Below, one piece after another: positions 36,833 to 45,666 of a stretch of 64,000 nucleotides of DNA. Where the stretch lies: contig JAIFND010000026.1 in assembly GCA_020047915.1 (NCBI GenBank), positions 12,893 through 76,892 of the forward strand, written 5' to 3'. This DNA comes from a bacterium (GTDB taxonomy: Bacteria > Planctomycetota > UBA11346). A program made the translations under genes and the position numbers. The notes below the pieces were generated by a model. The model made no database searches and was not told where the DNA came from. It saw only the letters and a program-made list of their open reading frames with translations. Within the stretch, counting starts at the first letter, position 1; each line of letters begins with the position of its first letter.

Positions 36833-38122
36833 CTATGCGGCATTCCCGGGCCGATTCCGGGCCAGCCAGATTCGGAACGACAGCCGAGGTCCGGCCTCGT
36901 CGAGGCCGGACGCCTGCCACTGCCGCAGGACGAAGGGTCCGCCCACCGCCTTCCCCGCTTCCAGGTCGCGAGTGAACGCCTCGCGGGCGGCTGCTTTTCC
37001 CTCTGCGTCGAGCGCCTCGTAGCGCGCCCAGGCCGCCTCCTTGGCCCGGGCCTCGGCCGCGGCGGCTTCCCGGTCGGCCTGCTCCCGCTCCATCCGGGCC
37101 CGTCGCGCCAGCATCCGCACCTCCGCTTCGGCGGCCGGAGCCCCGCCGGTCGGACGCTGCCGCCACTCCTGTTCCAGTATCTTGCGCGCGTACGCCTTCG
37201 GCTGGCGCACCGGTTCGGGCGCCTGGCGCATCCGCTGTTCAACGAGGGGTATCTTCTCCAAGACGAAACTCTCCGAATATTCATCGACCATCGCGCCGGC
37301 TTCGGCGTCTGAAAAACCGAACTTCCCGACCAGGGCCGTCCTGGCGAGGCCGAACTCCCCCGCGGCGGCCGTTTTCGCCGCCAACTCGGCGGCGGCCGTG
37401 CGCGCGTTGGTGGCGATGGTGAAATGGAGCGCCACGATCTTCTTGCCGCGCTTCTCGGCCCGGTATTCGCAGAACAGGTCGGTGTGGTCGTTGACCTCCG
37501 CCACCGCCGGGTCCAGGACGCGCTGTTTGAAGTTCGAGTACCGGGCGTATGTCTCGTCGGCCCCCATCATGCGCCGCAGTTTATCCGGATCGAAGGTACG
37601 CTTGCGGAGTCGCTGGGTCTGCTTGAGCAGCTCGTACAGGCGGAAGGAATACGTCGACCGCAGCCGGGACACGTTCGCCAGCGAGTAGGCCGTGTAGACC
37701 GACTTGAGCTGGAGCAGGTGCTCCTTGAGGTTCGGGTGGATCGACACCCGGACGGTCCGGTTATTCCGGTCCAGTTCATCGGCCGCCAACCAGTTGAAGC
37801 GCTGGACGACCCCGGTTGCGGGATCGTCCACCACGACCTCCTTCGAGCGGAGCGAACGCGCCACGTCCGCGAACTGGCTTACGACGTCGCGGTGGGAATC
37901 GGGAAAGACGCCGGCCAGGGCCGGGAGGTCGACCGAGTACCAGTCGAAGTGCTCGTCGATTTCCCCGATTTGGCACATCAGGTAGACCAGGAAACGTTTC
38001 TCGGCGAGGCTGAGCTGGTATTGGGCCTCGATGAGCCTATTCGACTGGCGGATCATCAGATCCTTTCCAGCTTTCGCCGTTTTCGATGTCGTTGCCATAT
38101 GAACGTGGTGGGAAATGAGCAC
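36833..38122 (-). CDS. Plasmid replication initiator of the Rep_3 (RepA/RepB) family, with an extra C-terminal domain
   Basis: The N-terminal block MIRQSNRLIEAQYQLSLAEKRFLVYLMCQIG is the typical Rep_3 signature. Iterons lie directly upstream. Confidence 0.8.
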   Translation of the reverse strand: MLISHHVHMATTSKTAKAGKDLMIRQSNRLIEAQYQLSLAEKRFLVYLMCQIGEIDEHFDWYSVDLPALAGVFPDSHRDVVSQFADVARSLRSKEVVVDDPATGVVQRFNWLAADELDRNNRTVRVSIHPNLKEHLLQLKSVYTAYSLANVSRLRSTYSFRLYELLKQTQRLRKRTFDPDKLRRMMGADETYARYSNFKQRVLDPAVAEVNDHTDLFCEYRAEKRGKKIVALHFTIATNARTAAAELAAKTAAAGEFGLARTALVGKFGFSDAEAGAMVDEYSESFVLEKIPLVEQRMRQAPEPVRQPKAYARKILEQEWRQRPTGGAPAAEAEVRMLARRARMEREQADREAAAAEARAKEAAWARYEALDAEGKAAAREAFTRDLEAGKAVGGPFVLRQWQASGLDEAGPRLSFRIWLARNRPGNAA

Positions 38123-38328
38123 GTGCGACGCCGTAAATCATACGCGATTCGGGCGGAGGGGGAACTTGGCCATCATACGCATATCACGGCAACACGCAAC
38201 AAACTCGGTTATATGTTGCCGCAGATACAATCATGTCATCAACCCCGGTCCCTGAATTTCCCTAAAGAAACAGGCCATGGAGTATGTGATGATTCAGCCC
38301 ACGCCATCACACTGCCGACCAGGCCCGC

Positions 38329-38790
38329 ACGGCGTTGCCGATACGTCCCGCAATCTGTTGCCTAAAAACGGCGCCTCCGCATCGGGAAGCGCCGTCCGCG
38401 GACCGCTCGCGTGGGCCCGCAATCTGTTGCCGATGAGCCCCGACGCAGCGCCGTGGAGATGCGTCCCGCAATCTGTTGCCGATAGTGCGAAGGCCGAGCC
38501 CGCACGGCGTTGCCTGAGTGTCCCGCAATCCGTTGCCGATTCCCCCGCGCAACCGCATCAAGAAGCACATCCCCTGAGTCACACCCCGGCATCCGCAATC
38601 TGTTGTCGATGGCGCGTGGATGCGCTTACGCCTCTCTGTATCCGCCACGCGGGTCCACAGCGGCTCGTGGCGGCACCGCATGGTATGCCCAGGCATAGCG
38701 AACGATGCAGGGAGAAGGACCATCGCAGATCGCAAGACGTTGCCCACATCGCCGCAATGCGTTGCCTGAACGGCCGCAAACCGTTGCCCT
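38329..38790. repeat. Iteron array, candidate oriV: at least 6 direct repeats of CCGCAATCTGTTGCCGAT at 45-70 bp spacing, plus partial GCACGGCGTTGCC copies
   Basis: Copies at about 38347, 38416, 38464, 38522, 38593, 38750 and 38774. They start about 200 bp upstream of the rep start. Confidence 0.7.
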
Positions 38791-38952
38791 CAGGGCCCGT
38801 GGACCAGCTCCAGGAGCTGGTTGCTGGAGACGGAAAGTAATACAGAAAGCTAAAGAAAAGCCGCTTTCTTTGATAAGGGGAACTCAAGGGGCAACGCAAA
38901 AGGCGGCCCATGGGCCGCCTGCGCGCATGATCGTCGCGTCCTATCCCCTGCC

Positions 38953-39342
38953 CTACCCCAGGTTGAGGAACCGCCGCACGGCGGCCTCGACCAGATCCCC
39001 TTGGGTCCGGTAGACGCCTTCTAACGAACCGATCATGGATTGACGGATCCCCCGTCGCAGTTCCGGCGTGACCCAGAAGGTCAATGCCACCCGATTCGCG
39101 CGGCCGGAGGATACTGGGTCTCGCGCCAGGGGCGCGGCGGACGCGGCGTGGCGTTCGGGTTCGCGTGCCGGCATCGGCGCGGTCGGCGGCATGGGTTGGG
39201 GCGCCGGACTGGCGTACGGCGTCTCGACGACCGGGCGGTGCTCTGGGAGCATCGGCGCTGCGTCCAGCAGCGAGACGCCCTCGTCGACGGCGAAGTCGGA
39301 GAGATCGTATTCGGACTTCTTGATCTTGGCTTTGGTGGTCAT
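38953..39342 (-). CDS. Small partition-associated protein (ParG/ParB-like or RHH), downstream partner of ParA
   Basis: 129 aa, follows parA by 12 nt. The C-terminus RVALTFWVTPELRRGIRQSMIGSLEGV may be an RHH-like DNA-binding region. Confidence 0.35.
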   Translation of the reverse strand: MTTKAKIKKSEYDLSDFAVDEGVSLLDAAPMLPEHRPVVETPYASPAPQPMPPTAPMPAREPERHAASAAPLARDPVSSGRANRVALTFWVTPELRRGIRQSMIGSLEGVYRTQGDLVEAAVRRFLNLG

Positions 39343-39353
39343 GGGTGGATGGA

Positions 39354-39953
39354 TTAGGACTTGGCGATAACGGCGATGGTCTTGATGATGGCCTGGATCT
39401 GCTGGTTCAACTCGCCGTACATATAGGCGTTGAGCCCGCTTTCGGCCACCAACTGGGATATGGGCTTGGGGCTCTTGTAGAGCCGGGAGAGTACGACCGA
39501 CGTCTTCAGCGGCAGGATGGGATACTCCCCCACCGCGCCATGGATGATGTTCCGCACCACCTCCAAATCCCCGGACTTGGCCCGATTCACGACTACGAGG
39601 ATCTTGCGGTTGTGACGGGCGATTTCCTGGATGGTCTTGATGGTGACCTGGAGGTCGGCGAAGGCGTTGAGGGTCGGCACCACCACGACGTTCGCCATTT
39701 GGATGGCGGTCAACATACGGCGATCGGCGTAGCCGCCAAAATCGAGAATGACCGTCCGTTTCCGGTCGAGTTCCTTCAGCTTTTCATCGGTGTCCTCGGG
39801 CTTCATCTTGATGCACCTCCCCGCCGGCAGCGCCTTATCGACGGGGGAATAGAGGTCGTTGGTGATGATCCCGGCCCCGGTCTCCAGGGATACGAGCAGG
39901 CTGAGCGTGGACTTCCCTTGGCCGCCTTTGAGATTGTCGATGGTGATAATCAT
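39354..39953 (-). CDS. parA: ParA/Soj-family partition ATPase
   Basis: Deviant Walker A MIITIDNLKGGQGKSTLS. About 200 aa. Confidence 0.8.
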   Translation of the reverse strand: MIITIDNLKGGQGKSTLSLLVSLETGAGIITNDLYSPVDKALPAGRCIKMKPEDTDEKLKELDRKRTVILDFGGYADRRMLTAIQMANVVVVPTLNAFADLQVTIKTIQEIARHNRKILVVVNRAKSGDLEVVRNIIHGAVGEYPILPLKTSVVLSRLYKSPKPISQLVAESGLNAYMYGELNQQIQAIIKTIAVIAKS

Positions 39954-39989
39954 AATGTCGGGTTCGAAGTGTAATAAATACAGCAATAC

Positions 39990-40260
39990 AAATTACAAAA
40001 TTACTTTATTACATACTTACTTGATGAATTACTTGCTGGTGCGATATGTATGGTCGGATCCAGGACCTTGCGTTTGACTATGTGAGCAGCTCGGTGCCGT
40101 GGATGCGTCTATTTACTGTCACTTTACGCATGTCGCTGGAATTGGCAAACTTTCCTGCAAGTAATATTACTTACCTGACGCCATCATGCACATAAATCAT
40201 AATTAACATTGGGCAATCTGGTAGGTTGGTAATATTTTATTATTACTTGTTGGTATGTTT
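39990..40260. promoter_or_regulatory. AT-rich region upstream of parA with multiple ATTACTTG motifs in direct and inverted orientation; candidate centromere/parS-like or promoter-operator site
   Basis: ttattacatacttacttgatgaattacttgctgg, caagtaatattacttacc and ttattacttgttgg. GC content drops sharply here. Confidence 0.4.
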
Positions 40261-40448
40261 ACGTCATGGTGACGCGCTGGCGGTGCGGACGGAGGTCCGA
40301 TATCACTGGGCCGTCTTTCTCCCGGAGACCCATCCTGATGTCGTCGCAGGATCGCGATTGAAGCGCATGCGTGAGTTGGCGGCGCTCCAACCTGGCCGGC
40401 TGGACGATTCGGGGGTAGCCCGGGCGCGTGAGCCCATAGGCTTCGGGC

Positions 40449-40664
40449 ATGGCGAAGGCCGCCACTTCGGTCCTGTCCAACCTGGTCGCGGCCGTCCAAG
40501 CGTCCGGCTTAAGTTCGCGGATTTTGGCCGAGCGCACGGGCATATGTCATACCCAGGTGGCCAAGATCCTGCGTGGCGATGCTGTGCCTTCGCTCGACAA
40601 CGCCGAAAAGTTGGCCAAGGCCGTCGGGGGCCACCTGCGCTTCGTGGCCGCCAGCGGAGCTTAA
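40449..40664 (+). CDS. Small XRE-family HTH regulator
   Basis: LAERTGICHTQVAKILRGDAVPSLDNAEKLAKAVGGHL. Confidence 0.55.
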   Translation: MAKAATSVLSNLVAAVQASGLSSRILAERTGICHTQVAKILRGDAVPSLDNAEKLAKAVGGHLRFVAASGA

Positions 40665-41342
40665 AGCCCCACTCCGGCCTTGCGGGATTGTAGCCTATAA
40701 GCTACGGTCGCGTACCATGGGCACAGGGTCAAAGGCCGTCAGTCCGGCGGCGCATCGTCAGGGCGGAGGAAGGCGCATGATGACCGTCTTGTCGCCATGT
40801 CCGAACGGTGGATCGCCCGTCTTTCCTGCATGGTCCACGGTCCCGGTCGGTCCCGACCTCAGCCGGATCCCGCCGCACGGCGGCCCGGACGGCGTCCCCC
40901 GGGGATTTAGCGGAGCTACCAGACGGACGCACCCGCTCCTACATTGGGGAAATGGCGAGGATCAATCGCCCAGCGGGGACAGCCCAAACGGGCGGTGGTT
41001 CGGACGCCCTAGACGTGCCCGAGGGGTTTCCTTCGGCTACGGCCAGGATCCGCCATGGCGACTTCCGCCGAGCCCGACGCGACCAGGCCGGCGACGGGTG
41101 GCGCCGGCATCCGCCGCCGCCGCCGGAACAGGCTCGGTGGCAACTGGAACCGCATGCCCCGGGCGCCTTGGCCACGGCCGCGGAACGGCTATACCGACTG
41201 GGCATGGGCGGCGCGGAGGCGCCGCCCATATCTCGGACGGAGGAGCCCGCGAAGGGCGCTTTCTCCGTACCCGACCTCATCGGGGACGACCCGGGCACCT
41301 TCGGCCAGGACCGTCCCGCAGCACTTCCAACAGGTGACGACC

Positions 41343-43060
41343 ATGAGCAAGAGTCCCACTTCGGACGTCGCGCGTAGCCATCAAGGCCGGCCCGCACCGC
41401 CGGTCCCGGACCGGCGGCTATGGGTCGTATACGCCCGCGTCTCCACCGAGGAGCAGGTGCAGGGACAGTCCCTCCAGAACCAGGAGCACCAGTGCCGGGA
41501 GTGGCTGCGGCAGCACTGGCAAGGGGAGCCGTTGGTCATCCGCGACCCGGGGGCGTCCGCGAAGGACCTGGACCGGCCCGGCATGAGGCTCCTGATGGAC
41601 CTCGTGGCCGGCGGCTCGGTGGCGGGCGTGGTGGCGACCAAAGTGGACCGCCTGTCCCGGTCGATCCACGAGTTGCTCCGGCTGACCAAGTTCCTGGACG
41701 CCCACGGGGTGGCCCTCAAGACTTCCGCCGAGTTCATCGACACGACCACCACCCAGGGCCGCCTGATGTACCAGGTCCTGGGCGTCCTGGCGGAGTATGA
41801 GCGGGGCATCATCTCGGACCGCCAAAAATCCAGCCACCGGTACCGAAAGAGCCTGGGCCTGTTCACGGGCGGAGCGATCCCCTACGGCTTCCGCACCGCG
41901 GGACCCACGGGATCCCGGCGCCTCGAAGTGGACCCGGACGCCATCCCGCGGATCGCTGCCATCTGGCCTATGATCGAGGCGGGCGCCTCGCTGCGAACCG
42001 TCGCCACCCATCTCCAGTCGCAGTCGGTCGAATGCCGCCGCGCCTCCCGATGGACCATCTCGTCCGTCCACCGCATGGTGAATTCCGAACAGTTGCGCGG
42101 GGCCATCGTGGACGAGGCCCTGTTCGACCGCGTGCGCGACCTGTTGGCCAAGCGGCCGGCGCCCAGGCGCAAGGCCGGCCGGCGCCGCCGGCCCGAAGAG
42201 CGGCCCGCCCCCAGCGGCAAGACCGATCGCGCCTGGCCGCTCCAGGGGATCGCCCACTGCGCCCACTGCGGGTCGGCGCTGGTTGGCACCCAGGGCAACG
42301 GCAAGGGAGGGCGGTATTTCTACCTCAAATGTTCGGCCCGCATGCGCCAAGCGACCGGGCCGGGCGCATGCGCGGCGGTCCAATTGCCGGCAGAGGCCTG
42401 GGAGCGGGCCGTCGTCGACGCGGTCCGCTACGTCGCGGACCGCGAGCCGATGTTGGCCGCCGCCATCGCCCGGGAAACCGGGGCATGGCACGAGCGAGTT
42501 GCCCCTTTGGAGGCCCGGCGCAAGGAGGCGGAGGCAGGCCGGGAGGACGCGCTGCTCCGACGGGGGCGACTTCTGGATCTCGTAGCCGAGGGCGGGTTGG
42601 CGGCGAAGGCCGCCACGGAGGCGGTGGGGAAGGCCCAGATGGCCATCGACGCAGCGTCGGCCGAGCTGGGCCGTATCGACATGGAACTTGCACGCTACCG
42701 GGGGTTCGCGCCCGGTTCTGACCACGTGGTAGCCGCGATCCGCCGCGGATTGGACCGTTTGGGAACGGCCAGCCCGGGGGAGTGCAGGGACGTCCTCCAC
42801 GACCTGGTCAAGCGCGTCGACCTGGGTGCGGGCCCGGACGGTCCGCTGCCCATCCGGATGACCTTGCGGTGCCTGTCTCCCGACGGCGGCGGGTCGGACG
42901 GCGGAATCCCAGCCCCCGGAGAGGCCGCAGCTTCTCCGCCAGCGGGCCCGAAGTCCGCCCAGCCGGAGCGGGCGGACTCGGTGATGGCGATCCCGTCACA
43001 AGGGCCGTGCGGGGGATCGCCAGAAAGGTCCGAACCCCTGGATTGCTCCAGGGGTTCGGA
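41343..43060 (+). CDS. Large serine recombinase; 3' end uncertain
   Basis: The resolvase catalytic domain VVYARVSTEEQVQGQSLQNQ carries the Ser nucleophile. A recombinase domain and a zinc ribbon (CAHCGSALVG...YFYLKC) follow. The frame has no stop until 43475, so it reads through the tRNA. Start from MSKSPTS. Confidence 0.8.
43030..43059. terminator. Perfect 12-bp hairpin ccgaacccctgg-attgct-ccaggggttcgg just 3' of the tRNA-Ser gene on the - strand
   Basis: Read from the sequence. It could be the tRNA terminator or part of a recombination site. No strong U-tract. Confidence 0.35.
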
Positions 43061-43072
43061 TGTACGTCTATC

Positions 43073-43163
43073 ATGGCGGACAGGGAGGGATTCGAACCCC
43101 CGAACGAGTTTCCCCGTTACGCGCTTTCCAAGCGCGCGCATTAGACCACTCTGCCACCTGTCC
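43073..43163 (-). tRNA. tRNA-Ser, anticodon GGA, with a long variable arm; CCA encoded
   Basis: Reverse complement GGACAGGTGGCAGAGTGGTCTAATGCGCGCGCTTGGAAAGCGCGTAACGGGGAAACTCGTTCGGGGGTTCGAATCCCTCCCTGTCCGCCA. Anticodon stem CGCGC/GCGCG with loop TTGGAAA gives GGA. T-arm GGTTCGAATCC. Confidence 0.85.
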
Positions 43164-43249
43164 AGATGGAGCGCGGCAGCATTGTGGTCCGCTCCGTCTG
43201 GTCAACCCAGGGCCTTGCCGTCGCGCCGGGGGGCGGTTGAGTCCCGGCC

Positions 43250-44155
43250 ATGCCGCTGCGCACCGTCTTCATGGGTACCCCTGAAATCGCCGTCCCGGCC
43301 CTGCGCCGGCTGGCCGAGCGCACGACGGTCAGCCTGGTCATCACCCAGCCCGACCGGCCCTCGGGCCGCGGCCTGGCCCCCTCTCCGCCGCCGGTCAAGC
43401 AGGCAGCCCTCGAACTCGGTCTGCCGGTGTGGCAGCCCGAAAGCATGCGCGGGGCCGAGGCCGATCCGCGCCTAGCCGGTCACGACCTCTTCGTGGTCAT
43501 GGCTTATGGTGAGATCCTGCGTCAACCCGTGCTCTCCCTGCCCCGCGCCTGCATCAACCTGCACGCCTCGGCCCTACCGCGTTGGCGCGGCGCCTCGCCC
43601 TTGCAGGCCTGCCTGCGAGCCGGCGATGCCGAGACGGCGGTCTGCGTCATGGAGATGGTGCCGGCCCTGGATGCCGGGCCGGTGTACGTCAGCGAACGCA
43701 TTGCTCTGGATCCGCGCGCCACGCTGACGCAGTTGCACGATCAGGTCGCCAGCGTCGCTGCGGACGCGCTGGATCGCTTCCTCGGGCTGTGGCCCGGCGT
43801 GCCGGCCGTGCCGCAGGACCCGGCCCTGGTGACGCTGTGCCGCAAGCTGACCACCGCCGACGGCCGCCTCGACTGGACGCGCAGCGCCGAGGAACTGGAA
43901 CGCTGGGTGCGCGCCTACACCCCCGCCCCCGGCTGCTGGAGTCCGCTCGGCGACGACCGCCTGCGTATCCTGCACATCGAAACGCTGCCGGCCTGCGGTC
44001 TGCAGCCCGGAGCGGTACGCATCGAGAACCAGCGCATCCTGGTCGGCTGCGCCGCTGGGACGGTGGAATTGTTGCGACTGCAGGCCCCGGGCCGCAAGGC
44101 GATGGCGGCCGCCGACTTCCTGCGCGGCAACCGTCTGCCGGAAAGCCTCGCCTAA
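43250..44155 (+). CDS. fmt: Methionyl-tRNA formyltransferase
   Basis: MPLRTVFMGTPEIAVPALRRL...VITQPDRPSGRG...HASALPRWRGASP, typical Fmt. Confidence 0.9.
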   Translation: MPLRTVFMGTPEIAVPALRRLAERTTVSLVITQPDRPSGRGLAPSPPPVKQAALELGLPVWQPESMRGAEADPRLAGHDLFVVMAYGEILRQPVLSLPRACINLHASALPRWRGASPLQACLRAGDAETAVCVMEMVPALDAGPVYVSERIALDPRATLTQLHDQVASVAADALDRFLGLWPGVPAVPQDPALVTLCRKLTTADGRLDWTRSAEELERWVRAYTPAPGCWSPLGDDRLRILHIETLPACGLQPGAVRIENQRILVGCAAGTVELLRLQAPGRKAMAAADFLRGNRLPESLA

Positions 44156-44213
44156 CGCGAACACCCCGCGCCATGGGCGCGGGGTGTTCCTTCATCCGCC
44201 GGACGTGATCCGG

Positions 44214-44540
44214 TCAGGCGATCGCGCGCTCGCCGTGGCGCATGTTGTGGTGCGCGTCGCGGTCGTGGATCTTGCGCAGCTGGGCGGCGCACTTGTCGTG
44301 CGCGACGTCGATGGCGGCGTACACCGTCTCTTCGCTATCGTGGGCAATGACATCCTTGCCGTGCGGCAGGTGCATATCGACATCCACCCGGTAGCCCTTC
44401 TTGTCGGCGTTATGGATCGTGACGTGGATCTTGCCGAGCTTTGGATTGAACTTGGTTAGACCCCCAAGTTTTTCAGTCACGTAACTGCGGATCCTTTCCG
44501 AGATCTCGAAGTGCACACCGGTGATCTGGATGTCAGCCAT
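44214..44540 (-). CDS. hpf: Ribosome hibernation promoting factor / RaiA family
   Basis: MADIQITGVHFEISERIRSYVTEKLGGLTKFNPKLGKIHVTIH..., 108 aa. Confidence 0.85.
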   Translation of the reverse strand: MADIQITGVHFEISERIRSYVTEKLGGLTKFNPKLGKIHVTIHNADKKGYRVDVDMHLPHGKDVIAHDSEETVYAAIDVAHDKCAAQLRKIHDRDAHHNMRHGERAIA

Positions 44541-44881
44541 GACGGATGTCTCCCGTCCGGGACCGGCTCGCCCCCCGCCGGTCGTTCAGTGGGTTTGAGG
44601 TGGGGGCGCCCTCACAAGTTCATTGTAGCCACACTGGAGGCCACCCGTCAATGGTAATCCGTGAAGCCTGACCGCTTAGACGCCCAGGGGTGTGAACCTG
44701 ACCAACGACCCGTCAGCCTTGACCGCATCGTTGGATTCACACGGAGGAACTGAGGCAACGGAGGCGAAATAGTTTGCGTCGGGAGCGAACTCCCACCCTT
44801 CGATGAGCGCGCCGATCGGCGCAAGTCCCTCGTGCGATCTCTGTTCCCTCCGTTCCTCCGTGTGAACAGAGCTGTCAAGGA

Positions 44882-45664
44882 TCAGACGGCGCGGCCGAAG
44901 GCGAAATCGCCACCCTGGGGCTCGCGGGCGTGCTCGCCCAGGAAGGCGGCGACTCGATCGAGCGCGTCGCGGGCCGGACGCGCCAGGGCGTCCTCGGCGA
45001 AGCGGTGCCCGGCCCCGGCCAGGACGGCCAGCTCGACCGGCTCGCCGGAGGCTGCGGCGTGGGCCTGCAGCGCCTGGGCCTGGCTGAGCGGAACGTCGCC
45101 GTCAGCGTCGCCATGCACCAGCAGCAGCGCCGGGATGTGGGCCGGATCAAGGTAGAGCGGCGACAGGTCGCGGTGGCGGCCCATCGCAAAGCGATCGCAG
45201 GCCGGCTGGTCTGCCGCCGCCGTGCCGTGGCCGGGTTCGAGGGTGGCCAGGACACCGCACGCGACCACCGCCCGCACCGCCTGCTTGCGCGCCACGCGCG
45301 CGACCAGGTCGAGGGCGGCGAGCGACCCGCTGCCATGTCCGAGCAGGGCGACCGAACGGCCCTCGAAGCCGAGCACGCCGGCCTCCTCCATCGCCTTGTT
45401 CACCGCCTCGGTGAGATCGTGCAGCACCTCGTCGCCGGTACGTGCGCCATCGCCCAGCGGACGGTGGCCAAGGTTGGCGACGGCGAAGCCGCGCTCGGCA
45501 AGCTGCAGGGCGAAGGCACGCTGCGCCTCGCAGCGGCCATCGGCCCACCAGCCGCCGCCGATGCAGCAGACCAGGGCGGTGCCGGCGCCTTCGGGCACGA
45601 ACACATCGACGCGTTGCCGGGCATGCGCGCCGTAGGCCAGGGAGAGGGTCGCGGAGACAGACAT
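44882..45664 (-). CDS. Alpha/beta-hydrolase fold esterase
   Basis: 260 aa with an LLGHGSGS nucleophile-elbow-like motif. General fold only. Confidence 0.5.
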   Translation of the reverse strand: MSVSATLSLAYGAHARQRVDVFVPEGAGTALVCCIGGGWWADGRCEAQRAFALQLAERGFAVANLGHRPLGDGARTGDEVLHDLTEAVNKAMEEAGVLGFEGRSVALLGHGSGSLAALDLVARVARKQAVRAVVACGVLATLEPGHGTAAADQPACDRFAMGRHRDLSPLYLDPAHIPALLLVHGDADGDVPLSQAQALQAHAAASGEPVELAVLAGAGHRFAEDALARPARDALDRVAAFLGEHAREPQGGDFAFGRAV

Positions 45665-45666
45665 CG

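Noticed and set aside
41055-41342. The N-terminal 96 codons of the track ORF for the serine recombinase
   Set aside because: Arg/Pro-rich junk sequence. The conserved resolvase domain begins right after the internal Met at MSKSPTS.
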